The notes under the pieces: generated by a model
Databases searched by the model: none
The model's input: only the letters and a program-made list of their open reading frames with translations
What the model was told of the DNA's origin: nothing
Made by a program: the position numbers and the translations under genes
Shown here: piece after piece, positions 51,293 to 62,489 of the stretch
Layout of the letters: every line of letters starts with the position of its first letter
Numbering within the stretch: position 1 is the stretch's first letter
DNA from: an uncultured Candidatus Saccharibacteria bacterium
Lineage (GTDB): Bacteria > Patescibacteriota > Minisyncoccia > UBA6257 > 2-01-FULL-56-20
NCBI GenBank assembly: GCA_964360585.1
Contig: CAYHXC010000004.1
Coordinates: forward strand, 15,366-79,365
Direction: 5' to 3'
Length of the DNA stretch: 64,000 bases

Positions 51293-53734
51293 ATGTCCAA
51301 GATTGAAAGACGGGAAATAACTGATGAGCTGAAGGAGTCCTACCTCAATTATTCGATGTCGGTTATCGTGACGCGCGCCTTGCCGGACGTGCGTGACGGT
51401 TTGAAGCCGGTGCATCGTCGCATTTTGTGGGACATGTGGGACAGCGGTTTGACGTTCCAAGCAAAGACCAGAAAGTCCGCGAACATCGTTGGTCAGGTTT
51501 TGGGACGTTACCATCCGCATGGCGACTCTTCGGTCTACGACGCCATGGTACGTATGGCCCAGGATTTCTCGCTCCGCTATCCATTAGTGCACGGCCAGGG
51601 AAACTTCGGTTCGATTGATGGTGATGGCGCGGCGGCCTATCGATATACCGAAACAAAACTTTCAAAGATTGCCGGTGAAATTTTAACCGATATTGATAAA
51701 GAAACCGTTGATTGGCGGCCGAACTACGATGGCACGCGCGACGAGCCAACGGTTTTACCCGGGCGTCTTCCCAATCTTCTTTTAAACGGCAGTGTTGGTA
51801 TTGCTGTGGGTATGGCTACGAACATTCCGCCGCACAACCTGGGCGAAGTGTGCGATGCCACGCTCCACTTGGCTGATAATCCGGAAGCGAGCGGCGAAGA
51901 GCTGATGAAGTTTGTACAAGGCCCGGACTTTCCAACCGGCGGTATTATTTTTGATAAAAAAGTTATTCGCGAAGCGTACTTAACCGGTCGCGGCGGTATT
52001 ACCACGCGGGCTAAGGCCGAGATCGAAGAACGAAAAGGGAAAGGCTTCGATATTATCATCACGGAAATTCCGTATCAGGTGAACAAGTCTGATCTGATTC
52101 AGAAAATGGCTGCGCTTGTGACCGAGAAAAAAATTGAAGGTGTTCGCGATTTGCGCGATGAGTCCGACAAAGACGGTTTGCGAATTGTGGTGGAACTCAA
52201 GAATGACGCGCCGCCGCAGAAAATTTTAAACCAGCTCTATCAGCATACCGACCTTCAAAAAGATTTCCATTTGAATATGATTGCTCTCCAGAAGGGAATT
52301 GAGCCGCGAGTTTTCTCTTTGAAGGAGATTCTCGAGGCCTACCTGGAGCACCGGAAGGAGGTGGTCAAGCGCCGAACACAGTTTGATCTCCGTAAAGCCG
52401 AGGAGCGGGCGCATATATTGGAAGGTTTGGCCAAGGCGCTGAGTTCGATCGATAAGGTGATTGCTTTGATTCGCAAGTCGAAAGACCGCGACGAAGCTTT
52501 TCAGGGTTTGAAGAAAACATTCAAGTTTTCTGATATTCAGGCCAATGCCATTTTGGAAATTCGACTACACACCCTGGCTCGTCTTGAGCGAGAGAAAATT
52601 GAGGAGGAGTTGAAGGAGAAGCGCGATTTGATCAAAGAATTGAATTTAATTTTGAAGAGTCCGGCCAGGATTTTGAAAATTATTAAAGACGAGCTGGCGG
52701 ACATCAAAGGAAAGTATGGCGACGAGCGCCGAACAAAGGTGGTGGCGGGCGGACTCTCGGCCTTCAACGAAGAGGATCTTATTCCAGAAGAGCAGACGAT
52801 TATTACGCTTTCATCGGGTGGATATATTAAGCGTGTGCCACCGGATACGTTTAAGGCCCAGCGTCGCGGCGGCAAAGGCTTGATTGGTTCTGATGTGGCC
52901 GACGAAGATTTTCTGTCGCATTTTGTTACGGCCAGCACGCACGCTTACATTTTATTCTTTACCGATCGCGGCCGCGTGTTCCAAACGAAGGTCTACGATA
53001 TTCCCGTTGGCAGTCGCATTTCGAAGGGGCGAGCCATCCATAATTTTCTGGAACTGTCATCGGACGAAAAAGTGAGCGCCATCGTGACCTATCGAGGAGG
53101 AAATGGAAAACAAACGGACGACGATCCGAAATATCTGGTTATGGCCACGAAGAGCGGTCTCATTAAACGAACGATGCTTGAGGATTTCAAAAATATTCGC
53201 CGCACCGGCATTATCGCGATCTCGCTCCAGAAGGGAGACGCGTTGCGGTGGGTTCGTTCATCCTGCGGCACGGACGAGGTGATTATGGTGACCGGTCAGG
53301 GACAGTCCATTCGATTTAAAGAGAATCAGGTTCGTTCGATGGGACGAACAGCCGCCGGTGTGCGCGGTATCCGCTTGAAGAGCAAGGACGAGGTGGTTGG
53401 TTTTGACATTATCGCGGGCGCGAAAGGAAAATCTGAAGGAAATTTCTTGGTGGTCATGGAGCATGGTTTTGCGAAACAAACACCAATCTCCGATTACCGA
53501 CTCCAGAATCGCGGCGGCGGCGGAATTAAGACGGCCAAGATCACGCCAAAAACTGGCGCGCTCGTCGCCGGTCAGATTGTGGGAAATGCCACAGAACTTT
53601 TAGCGCTCTCGAAGCAAGGACAGATTATTCGAACACCGCTCGAAGGAGTGCGAACGGCCAGTCGGGGAACACAGGGGGTGCGGATTATGAATGTAGGTGA
53701 AAAAGACCGTGTCGCCGGCATAGTATTGATTTAG
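51293..53734 (+). CDS. gyrA: DNA gyrase subunit A
   Basis: [29 protein letters not shown], GyrA box QRRGGKG. Confidence 0.98.
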   Translation: MSKIERREITDELKESYLNYSMSVIVTRALPDVRDGLKPVHRRILWDMWDSGLTFQAKTRKSANIVGQVLGRYHPHGDSSVYDAMVRMAQDFSLRYPLVHGQGNFGSIDGDGAAAYRYTETKLSKIAGEILTDIDKETVDWRPNYDGTRDEPTVLPGRLPNLLLNGSVGIAVGMATNIPPHNLGEVCDATLHLADNPEASGEELMKFVQGPDFPTGGIIFDKKVIREAYLTGRGGITTRAKAEIEERKGKGFDIIITEIPYQVNKSDLIQKMAALVTEKKIEGVRDLRDESDKDGLRIVVELKNDAPPQKILNQLYQHTDLQKDFHLNMIALQKGIEPRVFSLKEILEAYLEHRKEVVKRRTQFDLRKAEERAHILEGLAKALSSIDKVIALIRKSKDRDEAFQGLKKTFKFSDIQANAILEIRLHTLARLEREKIEEELKEKRDLIKELNLILKSPARILKIIKDELADIKGKYGDERRTKVVAGGLSAFNEEDLIPEEQTIITLSSGGYIKRVPPDTFKAQRRGGKGLIGSDVADEDFLSHFVTASTHAYILFFTDRGRVFQTKVYDIPVGSRISKGRAIHNFLELSSDEKVSAIVTYRGGNGKQTDDDPKYLVMATKSGLIKRTMLEDFKNIRRTGIIAISLQKGDALRWVRSSCGTDEVIMVTGQGQSIRFKENQVRSMGRTAAGVRGIRLKSKDEVVGFDIIAGAKGKSEGNFLVVMEHGFAKQTPISDYRLQNRGGGGIKTAKITPKTGALVAGQIVGNATELLALSKQGQIIRTPLEGVRTASRGTQGVRIMNVGEKDRVAGIVLI

Positions 53735-54044
53735 CTTTCGTTACAAACTTCGATCTACTGCGTTACGGCCTCCGTTCCGTTCTCAACGTACCATCAAAGT
53801 ACGTCTCGATACGGTACTCGGCCAAGCCTTGTAGCTCATTGTTTGTAAGCGAAAGTAGTTTTCTTTGTTTCTATAAGTTGGTACCGCTCGGTTGCGATGC
53901 TCGATCAAGCCTTGCTCTTCACTCTTTTCCCTTTCAAATTTTATTGGTCTTTTGTGGGTTCGCACGCTATCGTTTTTAGCGTAAATTGGATCATTTGTTA
54001 TCAGTTTTTAGTTACACGTTTTTGGTTTATACTATAGAGGAACC

Positions 54045-55331
54045 ATGCAACTCTCTCAAAGACAGATTCTTTTTATCGGCATCGTTGTTGTTGCGATCGG
54101 GGCCACTGTCTTTTTTATCTTTTCCAGCTTGAAATCAGGATCGAGTGGCGGGATTGATGATCTGCAGACTCAAAAAAGCAAAAAGCTTTCTGTTTGGGGC
54201 ATTGATGATCCGAGGGCCTTTGCTACGATAAAGAAAAATTTTGAGGGGATAAATAAAACAGTTGTCGTGAACTACTCCCAGATTGACGAGAGTATCATCC
54301 AGGATCAGCTCGTGAACGCTCTTGCTTTGAACCAGGGACCCGATGTGGTCATGATAAAAAATAGGACGCTCGCGGCCAAGAAAAGTTTATTTTTACCGGC
54401 GCCGGCCGCCAAGATGAGTTTTTCAAAACTGCAAAGTCTTTTTCCGACTGTTGTGGAGCAAGACTTTACGGACAAGACGCGACAGGTATACGCCCTGCCG
54501 CTTTCTATTGATACCCTCGCTCTGGTCTACAATAAAGATTTTTTCGATCAGGCGAGAATCATCACGCCGCCCAAAACCTGGAGCGATCTAATCGACATCA
54601 TCCCTAATCTTGTCGAGAAAGGGGATGGAGGTCGGATCGAACGGGCGGCAATCGGACTTGGCGGTTCAACGAAGTCAGTCACGAATGCCGGTGATATTTT
54701 GGCGCTTCTCTACATGCAGAATGGTGTGAACTTGTCTCTCGGGAAACTGGAGCGGAGTACAGTTGGACGGCGAGTCTTCGATTTCTATCTCCAGTTTTCA
54801 AATCCGCGATCGCTCTCCTACACCTGGAGCGATCTCCAGTTGAACGATATTGATAGTTTGGCCACTTTGCGATCAGCGATGGCGCTCATGTACGCCCGAC
54901 AGCTCGAGAATTTGAAAGTCCAAAGTCCGTATCTGCACTATGGCATTGCCGCTATGCCTCAGTTCGGCTCGGCAGTTGACTATGCTGACTACTGGGGTTT
55001 GGCCGTGACACGCGACAGTAAAAACGCGGCGATCGCCTGGGATTTTGTGACGTATGCGACGACGGTAAGTGAGAATGCCTTATCGTATATGAAAGCAACA
55101 AAGCAGCCGCCGGCCTTGCGGAATTTGCTCCAGAGTAACTATGACAGTCCGGAGTTTGGTGTTTTTGCCAAGCAGGCTTTGACGGCGCGCTCCTGGGCGG
55201 TTTTAAATGACGATGAGAGTCGAATAATTTTTTCAGATATGATAAGTTCCTATCTCACTGGCCAGATGGATCAGGATGCCGCTCTCGGTCGCGCCGAAAA
55301 TCTTTTGTCCAGAATTATTGTGAAAAAATAA
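54045..55331 (+). CDS. extracellular solute-binding protein (sugar-binding family)
   Basis: GPDV, YALPLSIDTLALVYNKD, PPKTW, AWDF. Confidence 0.85.
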   Translation: MQLSQRQILFIGIVVVAIGATVFFIFSSLKSGSSGGIDDLQTQKSKKLSVWGIDDPRAFATIKKNFEGINKTVVVNYSQIDESIIQDQLVNALALNQGPDVVMIKNRTLAAKKSLFLPAPAAKMSFSKLQSLFPTVVEQDFTDKTRQVYALPLSIDTLALVYNKDFFDQARIITPPKTWSDLIDIIPNLVEKGDGGRIERAAIGLGGSTKSVTNAGDILALLYMQNGVNLSLGKLERSTVGRRVFDFYLQFSNPRSLSYTWSDLQLNDIDSLATLRSAMALMYARQLENLKVQSPYLHYGIAAMPQFGSAVDYADYWGLAVTRDSKNAAIAWDFVTYATTVSENALSYMKATKQPPALRNLLQSNYDSPEFGVFAKQALTARSWAVLNDDESRIIFSDMISSYLTGQMDQDAALGRAENLLSRIIVKK

Positions 55332-55335
55332 GGAG

Positions 55336-55830
55336 ATGGTAAAAAAAATTCTTATCTTTTTTGGTTTACTGCTTCTCGTCGGAGTACCCTCGCTTCTTTT
55401 AGCGCAAAGTTCGGTGCCGACAGTTCAAAATGCCTGTACCGTCGAAACGCCAGGTTTTCCGTACTGGGGAACAGGTCCTTCGCTTCTCCCCTGCGGAACG
55501 AATGGCGTAAACTGTCTCGAGTGCGGTTTGTGCGGCTTGCTGATGTTGGGGCAAAGGATCATCTACCTGATACTTTCCTTCCTGATTTTTATTATTGCGC
55601 CACTTCGGTTTATCTGGGGCGGCTTCCAGATTTTTATTTCCCGCGGCTCGTCAGAGATGGTGTCGCACGGCAAGAAGATAATTTACCAGACAGCGACCGC
55701 GCTCGTGATCGCCCTTCTGGCATTCGTGCTCATCCAGACGTTTTTGTGGCTTTTGGGAGGCGTGAACTTAACACAAGATCAGCGTCTTGGCTGGCCCAAC
55801 ATCAACTGTACGCGTAATCTCCGGCCATGA
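55336..55830 (+). CDS. VirB2/TrbC-like pilin 1
   Basis: signal peptide, Cys-rich segment, WGGF...G...GKKII + TM. Confidence 0.8.
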   Translation: MVKKILIFFGLLLLVGVPSLLLAQSSVPTVQNACTVETPGFPYWGTGPSLLPCGTNGVNCLECGLCGLLMLGQRIIYLILSFLIFIIAPLRFIWGGFQIFISRGSSEMVSHGKKIIYQTATALVIALLAFVLIQTFLWLLGGVNLTQDQRLGWPNINCTRNLRP

Positions 55831-55853
55831 TTTCTTCTCTCATATCAGGTAAA

Positions 55854-56297
55854 ATGAAAAAGATGAAGACAATAGTCGCCATCGCTCTCTTACTGTTATT
55901 CCTCACGCTACCACTTCCTTCTTTTGCTCAAGGAACTCCAAGTCTGGGAACAGGCACTCAAAGTCCTGGGACAGGTACTCAAACCCCCGGTATTCCCACT
56001 CCCAGTCCCGCCTTACCACTTCCCAATCTTCTCAACTGCCCCCCTCCTACCGGCCCAAATACTCCGCCGTGCTTTCTCCAGATTTTCCAGGATGTAATCG
56101 GCCGACTGCTCCTTGTTATCTATCCGCTTCTGGCCGGGATGGTATTCTATGGCGGCATGCAGATGATGTTCGCGCGGGGAAATACGGAAAAGTATAAGGC
56201 TGGTCTCAAAACCATCCAGTATGCGGTCATTGGATTTGTCGTTATAGTGCTCTCTCAAGGGCTTGGCCTTATCATAAAAAGTATCCTTGGTCTCTAG
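55854..56297 (+). CDS. VirB2/TrbC-like pilin 2
   Basis: GTGTQ repeats, YGGMQMMFARGNTEK...IQYAVIG. Confidence 0.8.
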   Translation: MKKMKTIVAIALLLLFLTLPLPSFAQGTPSLGTGTQSPGTGTQTPGIPTPSPALPLPNLLNCPPPTGPNTPPCFLQIFQDVIGRLLLVIYPLLAGMVFYGGMQMMFARGNTEKYKAGLKTIQYAVIGFVVIVLSQGLGLIIKSILGL

Positions 56298-56377
56298 GTT
56301 GCTATTTTGCCCGTCCCTATGGAGTGTGCTACAATAATCCAACATGGAAAGGTCGGTACATTAGTTACTGTAATGTT

Positions 56378-56761
56378 ATGAAGAATCATAAACTAATTTC
56401 CGGAGCTCTCACGTTAGTTACAGTTCTCGTTTCCCCAATGGCTGCGTTTGCTCTGCCGGAGGTGGAACCCATTGTGACCATCAATCCTGTTCCACCGCCG
56501 GAAAGTGATGCAGGTATCACAGATCTTAACGTTGTTCTCCAACTCCTTGTTAATCTCCTGGGCTATGTTCAGGCTTTGTTCTGGATTGCCGCGGTTTTCT
56601 TTGGTCTCTATGCTGCTTTTCTCTACCTCACCGCTCAAGGCGATGGTGAGAAGGTTTCAAAGGCCAACCATATGCTTATCTATGTTGTTGTGGCGGTAGT
56701 AGTGGCTGTTATTGCCTACTCCATTCCGCAGTTCGTCACTACGACGATCACCCAGCCGTAA
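56378..56761 (+). CDS. VirB2/TrbC-like pilin 3
   Basis: YAAFLYLTAQGDGEKVSKA; own terminator downstream. Confidence 0.82.
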   Translation: MKNHKLISGALTLVTVLVSPMAAFALPEVEPIVTINPVPPPESDAGITDLNVVLQLLVNLLGYVQALFWIAAVFFGLYAAFLYLTAQGDGEKVSKANHMLIYVVVAVVVAVIAYSIPQFVTTTITQP

Positions 56762-56924
56762 GTTTTTAGATACGTTCTTAAAAAGCCCCTTCGCGGGGCT
56801 TTTTTGGTTGAGGCCCCCTCTTAAAAATCCTTTCTTTTTTCACGAAAGAGATTCTTGAGAGAGGTTCTTAAGGGGTGGGGAAAAGTCTTGTTCACGAGAA
56901 AACTTCGCGGTATAATCGCTAGTA

Positions 56925-57302
56925 ATGCAGATGCGCCAATTTCTCCTCGGAAGCCTCTTAATCCTTGCGACTTTGTTTTCTGTCATTCCTGTAGTCTTGG
57001 CCGTGCCCCCTGCCACACCTGGTACTGTTCCACCCTGCGTCGGTTGCCCTTTAACGAACGTGAGTCAGGTTGTGAGTTTGATAACTGGCATCGTAAATCA
57101 GATGCAGATTGTGTTCTGGACGGTGGCGGCTGGCTCGGGACTTTATGCCGCCTTTCTTTTTATTCGCGGCGGCAGTAATACCGAATCCTTGAAGCAGGCC
57201 AAGAATCAGATCCTCTACACCGTGATCGCGGTTATTTTAGGAGTGCTGGCTTATGGTATTCCGGGAATTGTGACTGATTTTCTGAAAAACGTACGCGGAT
57301 GA
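56925..57302 (+). CDS. VirB2/TrbC-like pilin 4
   Basis: VFW...GLYAAFLF...AKNQILY...AYGIP. Confidence 0.82.
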   Translation: MQMRQFLLGSLLILATLFSVIPVVLAVPPATPGTVPPCVGCPLTNVSQVVSLITGIVNQMQIVFWTVAAGSGLYAAFLFIRGGSNTESLKQAKNQILYTVIAVILGVLAYGIPGIVTDFLKNVRG

Positions 57303-57652
57303 TTATACATTTCTTGAGTTCCATCGTAAGTAGGTTAACCGAGAAGGCTTATGCGTATCCGCGCTTCACCGGTCCGCCGGCAGATGCCGGAGGGGCGCCC
57401 ATCAAAACCGTAAACGAGGCTCTCGGCATCATTGTCGCGGTGATTGACTTGGCGCAAGTGGTGTTCTGGATTTTGGCCGCCGGTTTTGGTCTTTATGCCG
57501 CCTATCTCTATCTTTTCGCGCGGGGGGATAAAGAGTCAGTCACCACTGCTCGGCGGATGTTGGTGTATACCGCCGTCTCAATCTTAGTTGCCTTGATCGC
57601 CTACGGTATACCGTCAATTATCGTAAATTTCGTAAATCTTGGAACACCATGA
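57299..57652 (+). CDS. VirB2/TrbC-like pilin 5
   Basis: QVVFWILAAGFGLYAAYLYLF...AYGIP. Confidence 0.82.
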   Translation: MIIHFLSSIVSRLTEKAYAYPRFTGPPADAGGAPIKTVNEALGIIVAVIDLAQVVFWILAAGFGLYAAYLYLFARGDKESVTTARRMLVYTAVSILVALIAYGIPSIIVNFVNLGTP

Positions 57653-58161
57653 TCAAGGGCTACCAGTTTCGCGTGATTTTTTTCCTCGCCACTCTTCTCG
57701 GTGTGTTGCTCATTTTCTCGCCAGCGTTTGCGGCACAGTGGGAATGTCGGTCAACCGGTCTTTCATTCTCAGACGCGGGTTTCTGTCGCTCGCAGTGCGG
57801 CGGCGTGAGCTGTGTTTGTTCCGGGTCGGCTTCGGAGTGCGGTGGCGGTAATAATCCTTTTGCGACGGATCAAACACCGTATCCCCACACCGTTGTTCCG
57901 CCGAATCCCGGTCCGGTGAATGATGTTTTCACGATGCTTGGTGTTTTAACTTCAGTGATCGAGTTGGCCCAAATTATATTTTGGATTCTGACTGTTGGCT
58001 TCGGTCTCTATGGTTCCTATCTCTATCTTTTCGCGGCGGGCAATGCGGAGAAGGCAATACAAGCGAGAAAGGTATTTCTCTACGCCGTAATTGCTGGCGT
58101 GCTGGCTATACTTTCCTACAGTATTCCGGGAATCGTCGAAAGTTTTGTTTTAGGATACTAA
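57649..58161 (+). CDS. VirB2/TrbC-like pilin 6 with Cys-rich head
   Basis: six Cys in N-domain; conserved pilin C-terminus. Confidence 0.82.
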   Translation: MIKGYQFRVIFFLATLLGVLLIFSPAFAAQWECRSTGLSFSDAGFCRSQCGGVSCVCSGSASECGGGNNPFATDQTPYPHTVVPPNPGPVNDVFTMLGVLTSVIELAQIIFWILTVGFGLYGSYLYLFAAGNAEKAIQARKVFLYAVIAGVLAILSYSIPGIVESFVLGY

Positions 58162-58166
58162 ATCAT

Positions 58167-58676
58167 ATGAAAACATTTAAAAAAATTAGCCTCGTCGCAT
58201 TTTTGCTCGTTGTGGTGGTTTTCGGATTTTTCCCGCATTTTGCCGATGCCCGTCGAGATGAGAGTAACATTTGTTTTGGAGTCGGGGATGTTGTTATCGA
58301 CCTAAATCTCCCTTGTCTTTTTGGTGGTAAGGTATGCCTCGATGCGGATCTCGCAAACGAATGTCAGCGCCTTGGTGGACGGTGGAGCGCGGTCATGCCC
58401 CAGTATATTGGTCCCGGCGATACGAATGGGCCAGTTGAGGATGTTGAAACTTTCTTAGATCTTCTGGTGTGGTTTATTAAATTCTTCCAGATTGTCTTCT
58501 GGGTTTTGACCGTTGGCTTTGGCCTCTACGCCGCCTATCTCTATCTTTTTGCGGCGGGGAGTTCGGAAAAAGCGGCCCAGGCGCGTCGGGTTTTAGGATA
58601 CACGGTTATCGCGGCGGTCGTCTCGGTTATCGCTTACTCTATTCCGAGCGTCATTGATAGTTTCTTAGCCGGGTAG
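58167..58676 (+). CDS. VirB2/TrbC-like pilin 7
   Basis: Cys-containing head; QIVFWVLTVGFGLYAAYLYLF...AYSIP. Confidence 0.82.
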   Translation: MKTFKKISLVAFLLVVVVFGFFPHFADARRDESNICFGVGDVVIDLNLPCLFGGKVCLDADLANECQRLGGRWSAVMPQYIGPGDTNGPVEDVETFLDLLVWFIKFFQIVFWVLTVGFGLYAAYLYLFAAGSSEKAAQARRVLGYTVIAAVVSVIAYSIPSVIDSFLAG

Positions 58677-58870
58677 ATTGTTGTCATTGCGATCCGCCAT
58701 CCGCCAACTGGCTGGAGGCGGAGAAGCAATCTTAAATTGTATTAAGCAGGTTCATTTTCCCAAAAGAAAAAGGCCCTTGAGATGTCTCGCGGGCCTTTTG
58801 GATTTTCGCCTTGCAAATTCTTCAGCGAAACGGTCGGCGTAGTTACCGTTCCACTTATTCACTCACCCGC

Positions 58871-59458
58871 CTACTCGATCCACGGCTCCATCAGAACCGT
58901 CACGGTTTCTGTGGCGTGTCTCTTGAAGCGGAATTCTGCAACGCCTCCTTTCGGAAGCGAGAGAGGTCCGCCTTCGACATACTCGTCTGGTGAGATGCTT
59001 GGATCTCCGTAGATCCGTTGCACCGTGACAGGGATGTCTGAAGACACGGTCGCGCCTTTCCGCCTGCCACTCGCAGTCACGGAGAGGACGGCATCCGTCC
59101 AACACTCGCTCGGATCAGGAGCGATGACAATACTCCCTCCTCCTGCCATCCGAATGTCGGAGAACTTCCTCCCACTTCCGCAGTCGGAGAGTGTGAGTGT
59201 CTTGGGGGGCAAGGCTACTACGACAGGCTGTATTGGTGCTGCCGTGAGGGAAGAGGTGGTCGTTCCCAGTTGTGACTGGGAGTGGTCTTGGTTCCAGGCC
59301 CAGACGAGCAGCTGAATGAGTAGGGCAATAGCCAACACTACCCCCAGGCCAATCCGAACCCACTTGTTGGAGAGGAGGGTCTTGGCATACTTGTCCTCTA
59401 CCGCTACCTCAGCCTTTGCGGGTTTTTCTTTCGGTGCTGGTTTCGTTGTTTTTTCCAT
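58871..59458 (-). CDS. single-TM hypothetical protein
   Basis: 195-aa ORF directly downstream of SPFH gene. Confidence 0.65.
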   Translation of the reverse strand: MEKTTKPAPKEKPAKAEVAVEDKYAKTLLSNKWVRIGLGVVLAIALLIQLLVWAWNQDHSQSQLGTTTSSLTAAPIQPVVVALPPKTLTLSDCGSGRKFSDIRMAGGGSIVIAPDPSECWTDAVLSVTASGRRKGATVSSDIPVTVQRIYGDPSISPDEYVEGGPLSLPKGGVAEFRFKRHATETVTVLMEPWIE

Positions 59459-59461
59459 GAC

Positions 59462-60436
59462 CTACTTTTCCTTTTCGGTTTTGAGGAATTCTTCCAGGCG
59501 AGGGATCAGTGTTCCCAGGAGCCCAAAATTTCCTTGAGTGGAGATGACAGCTTTTCTCACAGCCGCGTCCAGAACGATGTCTGCTTGATCTGCGGCCTCC
59601 TTGGGGCTGAGTCCTTCCGCCTTGAACTTCTTGAGAAGATCAATTCGGATGACTCCGGCTTGTGCCCGGAATTCCGCCTGCTTCTCCTCCTCCAAAGCCT
59701 TTTTGGTCTCGGCGGAGAAGTCGACTTTCGGTGTGGCAAAATAGACGATCGCTATGCCATACCGACGCTCGATGTCCGAGGCCTGGCGATTGATGACTGA
59801 GTCCGGTCGTCCGTCCTCGACGAGAGGACGGATCTCCTGCCAGTGCCGTTCATAGAACTCGATCAGATGATCGGTGTCGATCATGGACTGACCTCGGAAG
59901 TTAGGCTCTTCCGGAACAGGCGTCCAGTCTCTACAGATCTCGCAGTCAAGTTCGTGTCTCATGTGGGGCGGAACTTCCATCCGTAACACACAGTTCACCA
60001 GATCTGCGAGAATGCGTCGCTTCTGGATGAAAACGTCGTGTTCGTGGGTGCCACCAAGCGCTCCAAGAACTGACTCGATTGCTTCGGCGATGCCTTGCTC
60101 GATGATCTCATCCGAGATCGAGACGAAAACATTCAAGCCATTAGCGTCTGGAATGTACGGGTCTGCTCGGTACTGAAGATCTCCGGTAACGATCAAACCG
60201 AGGAGATCTTTCGTTGTTAGTTCTGCTGAAACTTTGGTTTTCACCAGTTCCAGCGAGAAGACAGAGATGCGCTCGATGAAGGGGAGCTTGAGTCGGAATC
60301 CTTCCAGGACTATCCGGCCAGTTCGCCCTTTGAACCTCTCAACCACGCCAAACGCGACCTTTTCGATTGTGACGGGCGTGTCGAGGATCGCGGCTATCGC
60401 GATCACGGTCAACACAATTACCATGAATGTGAACAT
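59462..60436 (-). CDS. SPFH/band 7 domain protein
   Basis: GVVERFKG...EGFRLKLPFIE...TKD, RYGI, coiled-coil tail. Confidence 0.8.
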   Translation of the reverse strand: MFTFMVIVLTVIAIAAILDTPVTIEKVAFGVVERFKGRTGRIVLEGFRLKLPFIERISVFSLELVKTKVSAELTTKDLLGLIVTGDLQYRADPYIPDANGLNVFVSISDEIIEQGIAEAIESVLGALGGTHEHDVFIQKRRILADLVNCVLRMEVPPHMRHELDCEICRDWTPVPEEPNFRGQSMIDTDHLIEFYERHWQEIRPLVEDGRPDSVINRQASDIERRYGIAIVYFATPKVDFSAETKKALEEEKQAEFRAQAGVIRIDLLKKFKAEGLSPKEAADQADIVLDAAVRKAVISTQGNFGLLGTLIPRLEEFLKTEKEK

Positions 60437-60847
60437 AGCTTTTCCTTCTTTCTCTAATGAGTGAATTATTCTTATTTCGAAGACATCCCGGACCATCCGG
60501 GGCATCTTTATGCCCCTGGAACTACTCCAGGATTTCTGGATACATTATACCACCAAAAAACGAGATAGTCAATAGTTGTAAAGCCCCGAAAAATGAGGCA
60601 AAATCTGGCGATTTTAGAGTAAATGCCTAGTCCTCATTGGATGTATGCCGAGGAGTTTCATTTATAACCCTAGGTTTTTGTCATTGCGAATCGAGTGTAA
60701 CTCGATGCGGCAATCTTTTGGAATTACATGAGATTGCTTCGCCCCGGTCATAGTCGAGGCTCGCAATGACGAAATTTAATTTCCCAACTATTATTCAGGA
60801 GTTGAGGAATATCTCGAACGAAAGTATGCTTTAGCCAAGCCTTATCT

Positions 60848-60931
60848 GCGGGTGTAGCCGAACTGGTATAGGCGCATGGCTTAGAACCATGTGGGAGCAA
60901 TCCCGTGGAGGTTCGAGTCCTCCCATCCGCA
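60848..60931 (+). tRNA. tRNA-Leu(TAG)
   Basis: CATGG-CTTAGAA-CCATG arm, long variable arm, GTTCGAGTC. Confidence 0.93.
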
Positions 60932-60938
60932 CCTTTGT

Positions 60939-61979
60939 ATGAAAAAACACGTCCACCCATTCCGCGTTATTGTTGCGGTTTCCTGTATTGGTTCAGGCAT
61001 CGTCGCATCGCTTCTGGCCTTAATCGGACCGATTGCTCAAGAATCGAATTTTTTCTCGTATTACATCAATTTGGCCGTAGGTCCGATCAGTGATGCCTTT
61101 TCCTTCCTCTTTGTTTTTTGTTTTGCGGCCATTTTTTCTTTCCTCGCCTTTTCTCTTTTTGCCAATGCTTTTTATCACAAGCGTGATCCGCATGAATTTT
61201 TTTCCTGGGATTTTTTAAAAAAGAATATTCGGTTGCTCGGTCGGGGATTGGGAGAGCTTATGCTCGAGGCCGGGCCGGTCATACTCACCTTTGTTTTCGT
61301 GAGTCTCGCGATGGCTTCTATCAATCCGGTGAACGCGACACACCTTATTGACGACCGTGTTGTCGAATGGGATCGAGCCCTTTTAAACAGCTATCCTTTC
61401 ATCTCATTCACAAACATTTCCTGGCCAGGCTGGTTTATCAGGATCGTTGCATTCTCGTTTATGGATCTGCCGGTTTTTATCATTGCGTTTTCGCTGTATG
61501 TCTTTGCGTTCCAGCGGAAGATTTTTAGAGAAATGGCTGCGGTTTTCTGTTTCTCGCTCGTTCTCATGCTTTTTTTGTGGCAGATTTTTCCGGTCTTGAG
61601 TCCGCACGATCGCTATCTTGATAACGTCTACAATCTGCCGAACTCGCCGAGCATGAACGAAGCGTTAAAAAAGTACGAACCGCAACCGCTTATTGAGAAG
61701 TTCTTGAGCGAGATGCGGGAGAGGAAAAATCAAAGTCTTGGCGGAACGATGCCGACTTCAACCTTGCCGAGCGCGCACGTGGCCTGGGCGACACTTCTTG
61801 TCTATTACGTTTGGCGAGTTAAAAAGCAATTACTGCTCCTCTTCTTTCCGATCGCTTTTTTATCGACAATCGGGACGTTTCTTTTTGCTCAACATTATTT
61901 TGTTGATGTGCCCGCCGGAATTGCGGTAATGATGTTTGCGATCTACCTTGTGCGTTTCACGAATAGGAAACATAAATAA
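60939..61979 (+). CDS. PAP2 family membrane protein
   Basis: PSAHVAW and QHYFVDVPAG motifs; multi-TM. Confidence 0.85.
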   Translation: MKKHVHPFRVIVAVSCIGSGIVASLLALIGPIAQESNFFSYYINLAVGPISDAFSFLFVFCFAAIFSFLAFSLFANAFYHKRDPHEFFSWDFLKKNIRLLGRGLGELMLEAGPVILTFVFVSLAMASINPVNATHLIDDRVVEWDRALLNSYPFISFTNISWPGWFIRIVAFSFMDLPVFIIAFSLYVFAFQRKIFREMAAVFCFSLVLMLFLWQIFPVLSPHDRYLDNVYNLPNSPSMNEALKKYEPQPLIEKFLSEMRERKNQSLGGTMPTSTLPSAHVAWATLLVYYVWRVKKQLLLLFFPIAFLSTIGTFLFAQHYFVDVPAGIAVMMFAIYLVRFTNRKHK

Positions 61980-62032
61980 CTGTATATTGTTGATCCCGGC
62001 TCTACTTCTCGTTTTCGGTTATAAGTTTTTAG

Positions 62033-62104
62033 TGCCGGACCCCAGAGTCGAACTGGGCACGCCTGCCTCTTCAGGGCAGCGCTCTACCGATGAGCTAGCC
62101 CGGC
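62033..62104 (-). tRNA. tRNA-Phe(GAA)
   Basis: CTGCC-CTGAAGA-GGCAG arm, GTTCGACTC. Confidence 0.92.
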
Positions 62105-62219
62105 AATACTACATAATGTAATTGAATTTAGTTTTATATTCAATACAGGAATGATTTGACAGTTTTATAATAAGTGTTTTACGTTTAGTTCAGCCTAGCG
62201 CAGTCGTGGAGGAAAACTC

Positions 62220-62465
62220 ATGGATACAAAAAATACGATTCCTGTTCCACCAGAGCAGAAACCAGAAGAAGATTGGCCATCCCACATCATGGAGTTGCGG
62301 AGTCAGCTGGGTATGACCCAGGAGGAGTTCGCGCATACTCTCGGAATCACGGTTGGCACGGTGAGCCGTTGGGAAAATCGATGGTTCCGCCCGAGCAAGT
62401 TGGCTCGAGCCACCATTCTGGAATTTGCCCGACGCCACGGTATCCCCATCGGTCAGGCCAAGTAG
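62220..62465 (+). CDS. XRE family HTH regulator
   Basis: LRSQLGMTQEEFAHTLGITVGTVSRWEN. Confidence 0.9.
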   Translation: MDTKNTIPVPPEQKPEEDWPSHIMELRSQLGMTQEEFAHTLGITVGTVSRWENRWFRPSKLARATILEFARRHGIPIGQAK

Positions 62466-62489
62466 ATTTCTACTTGGCTTTTTTATTTG

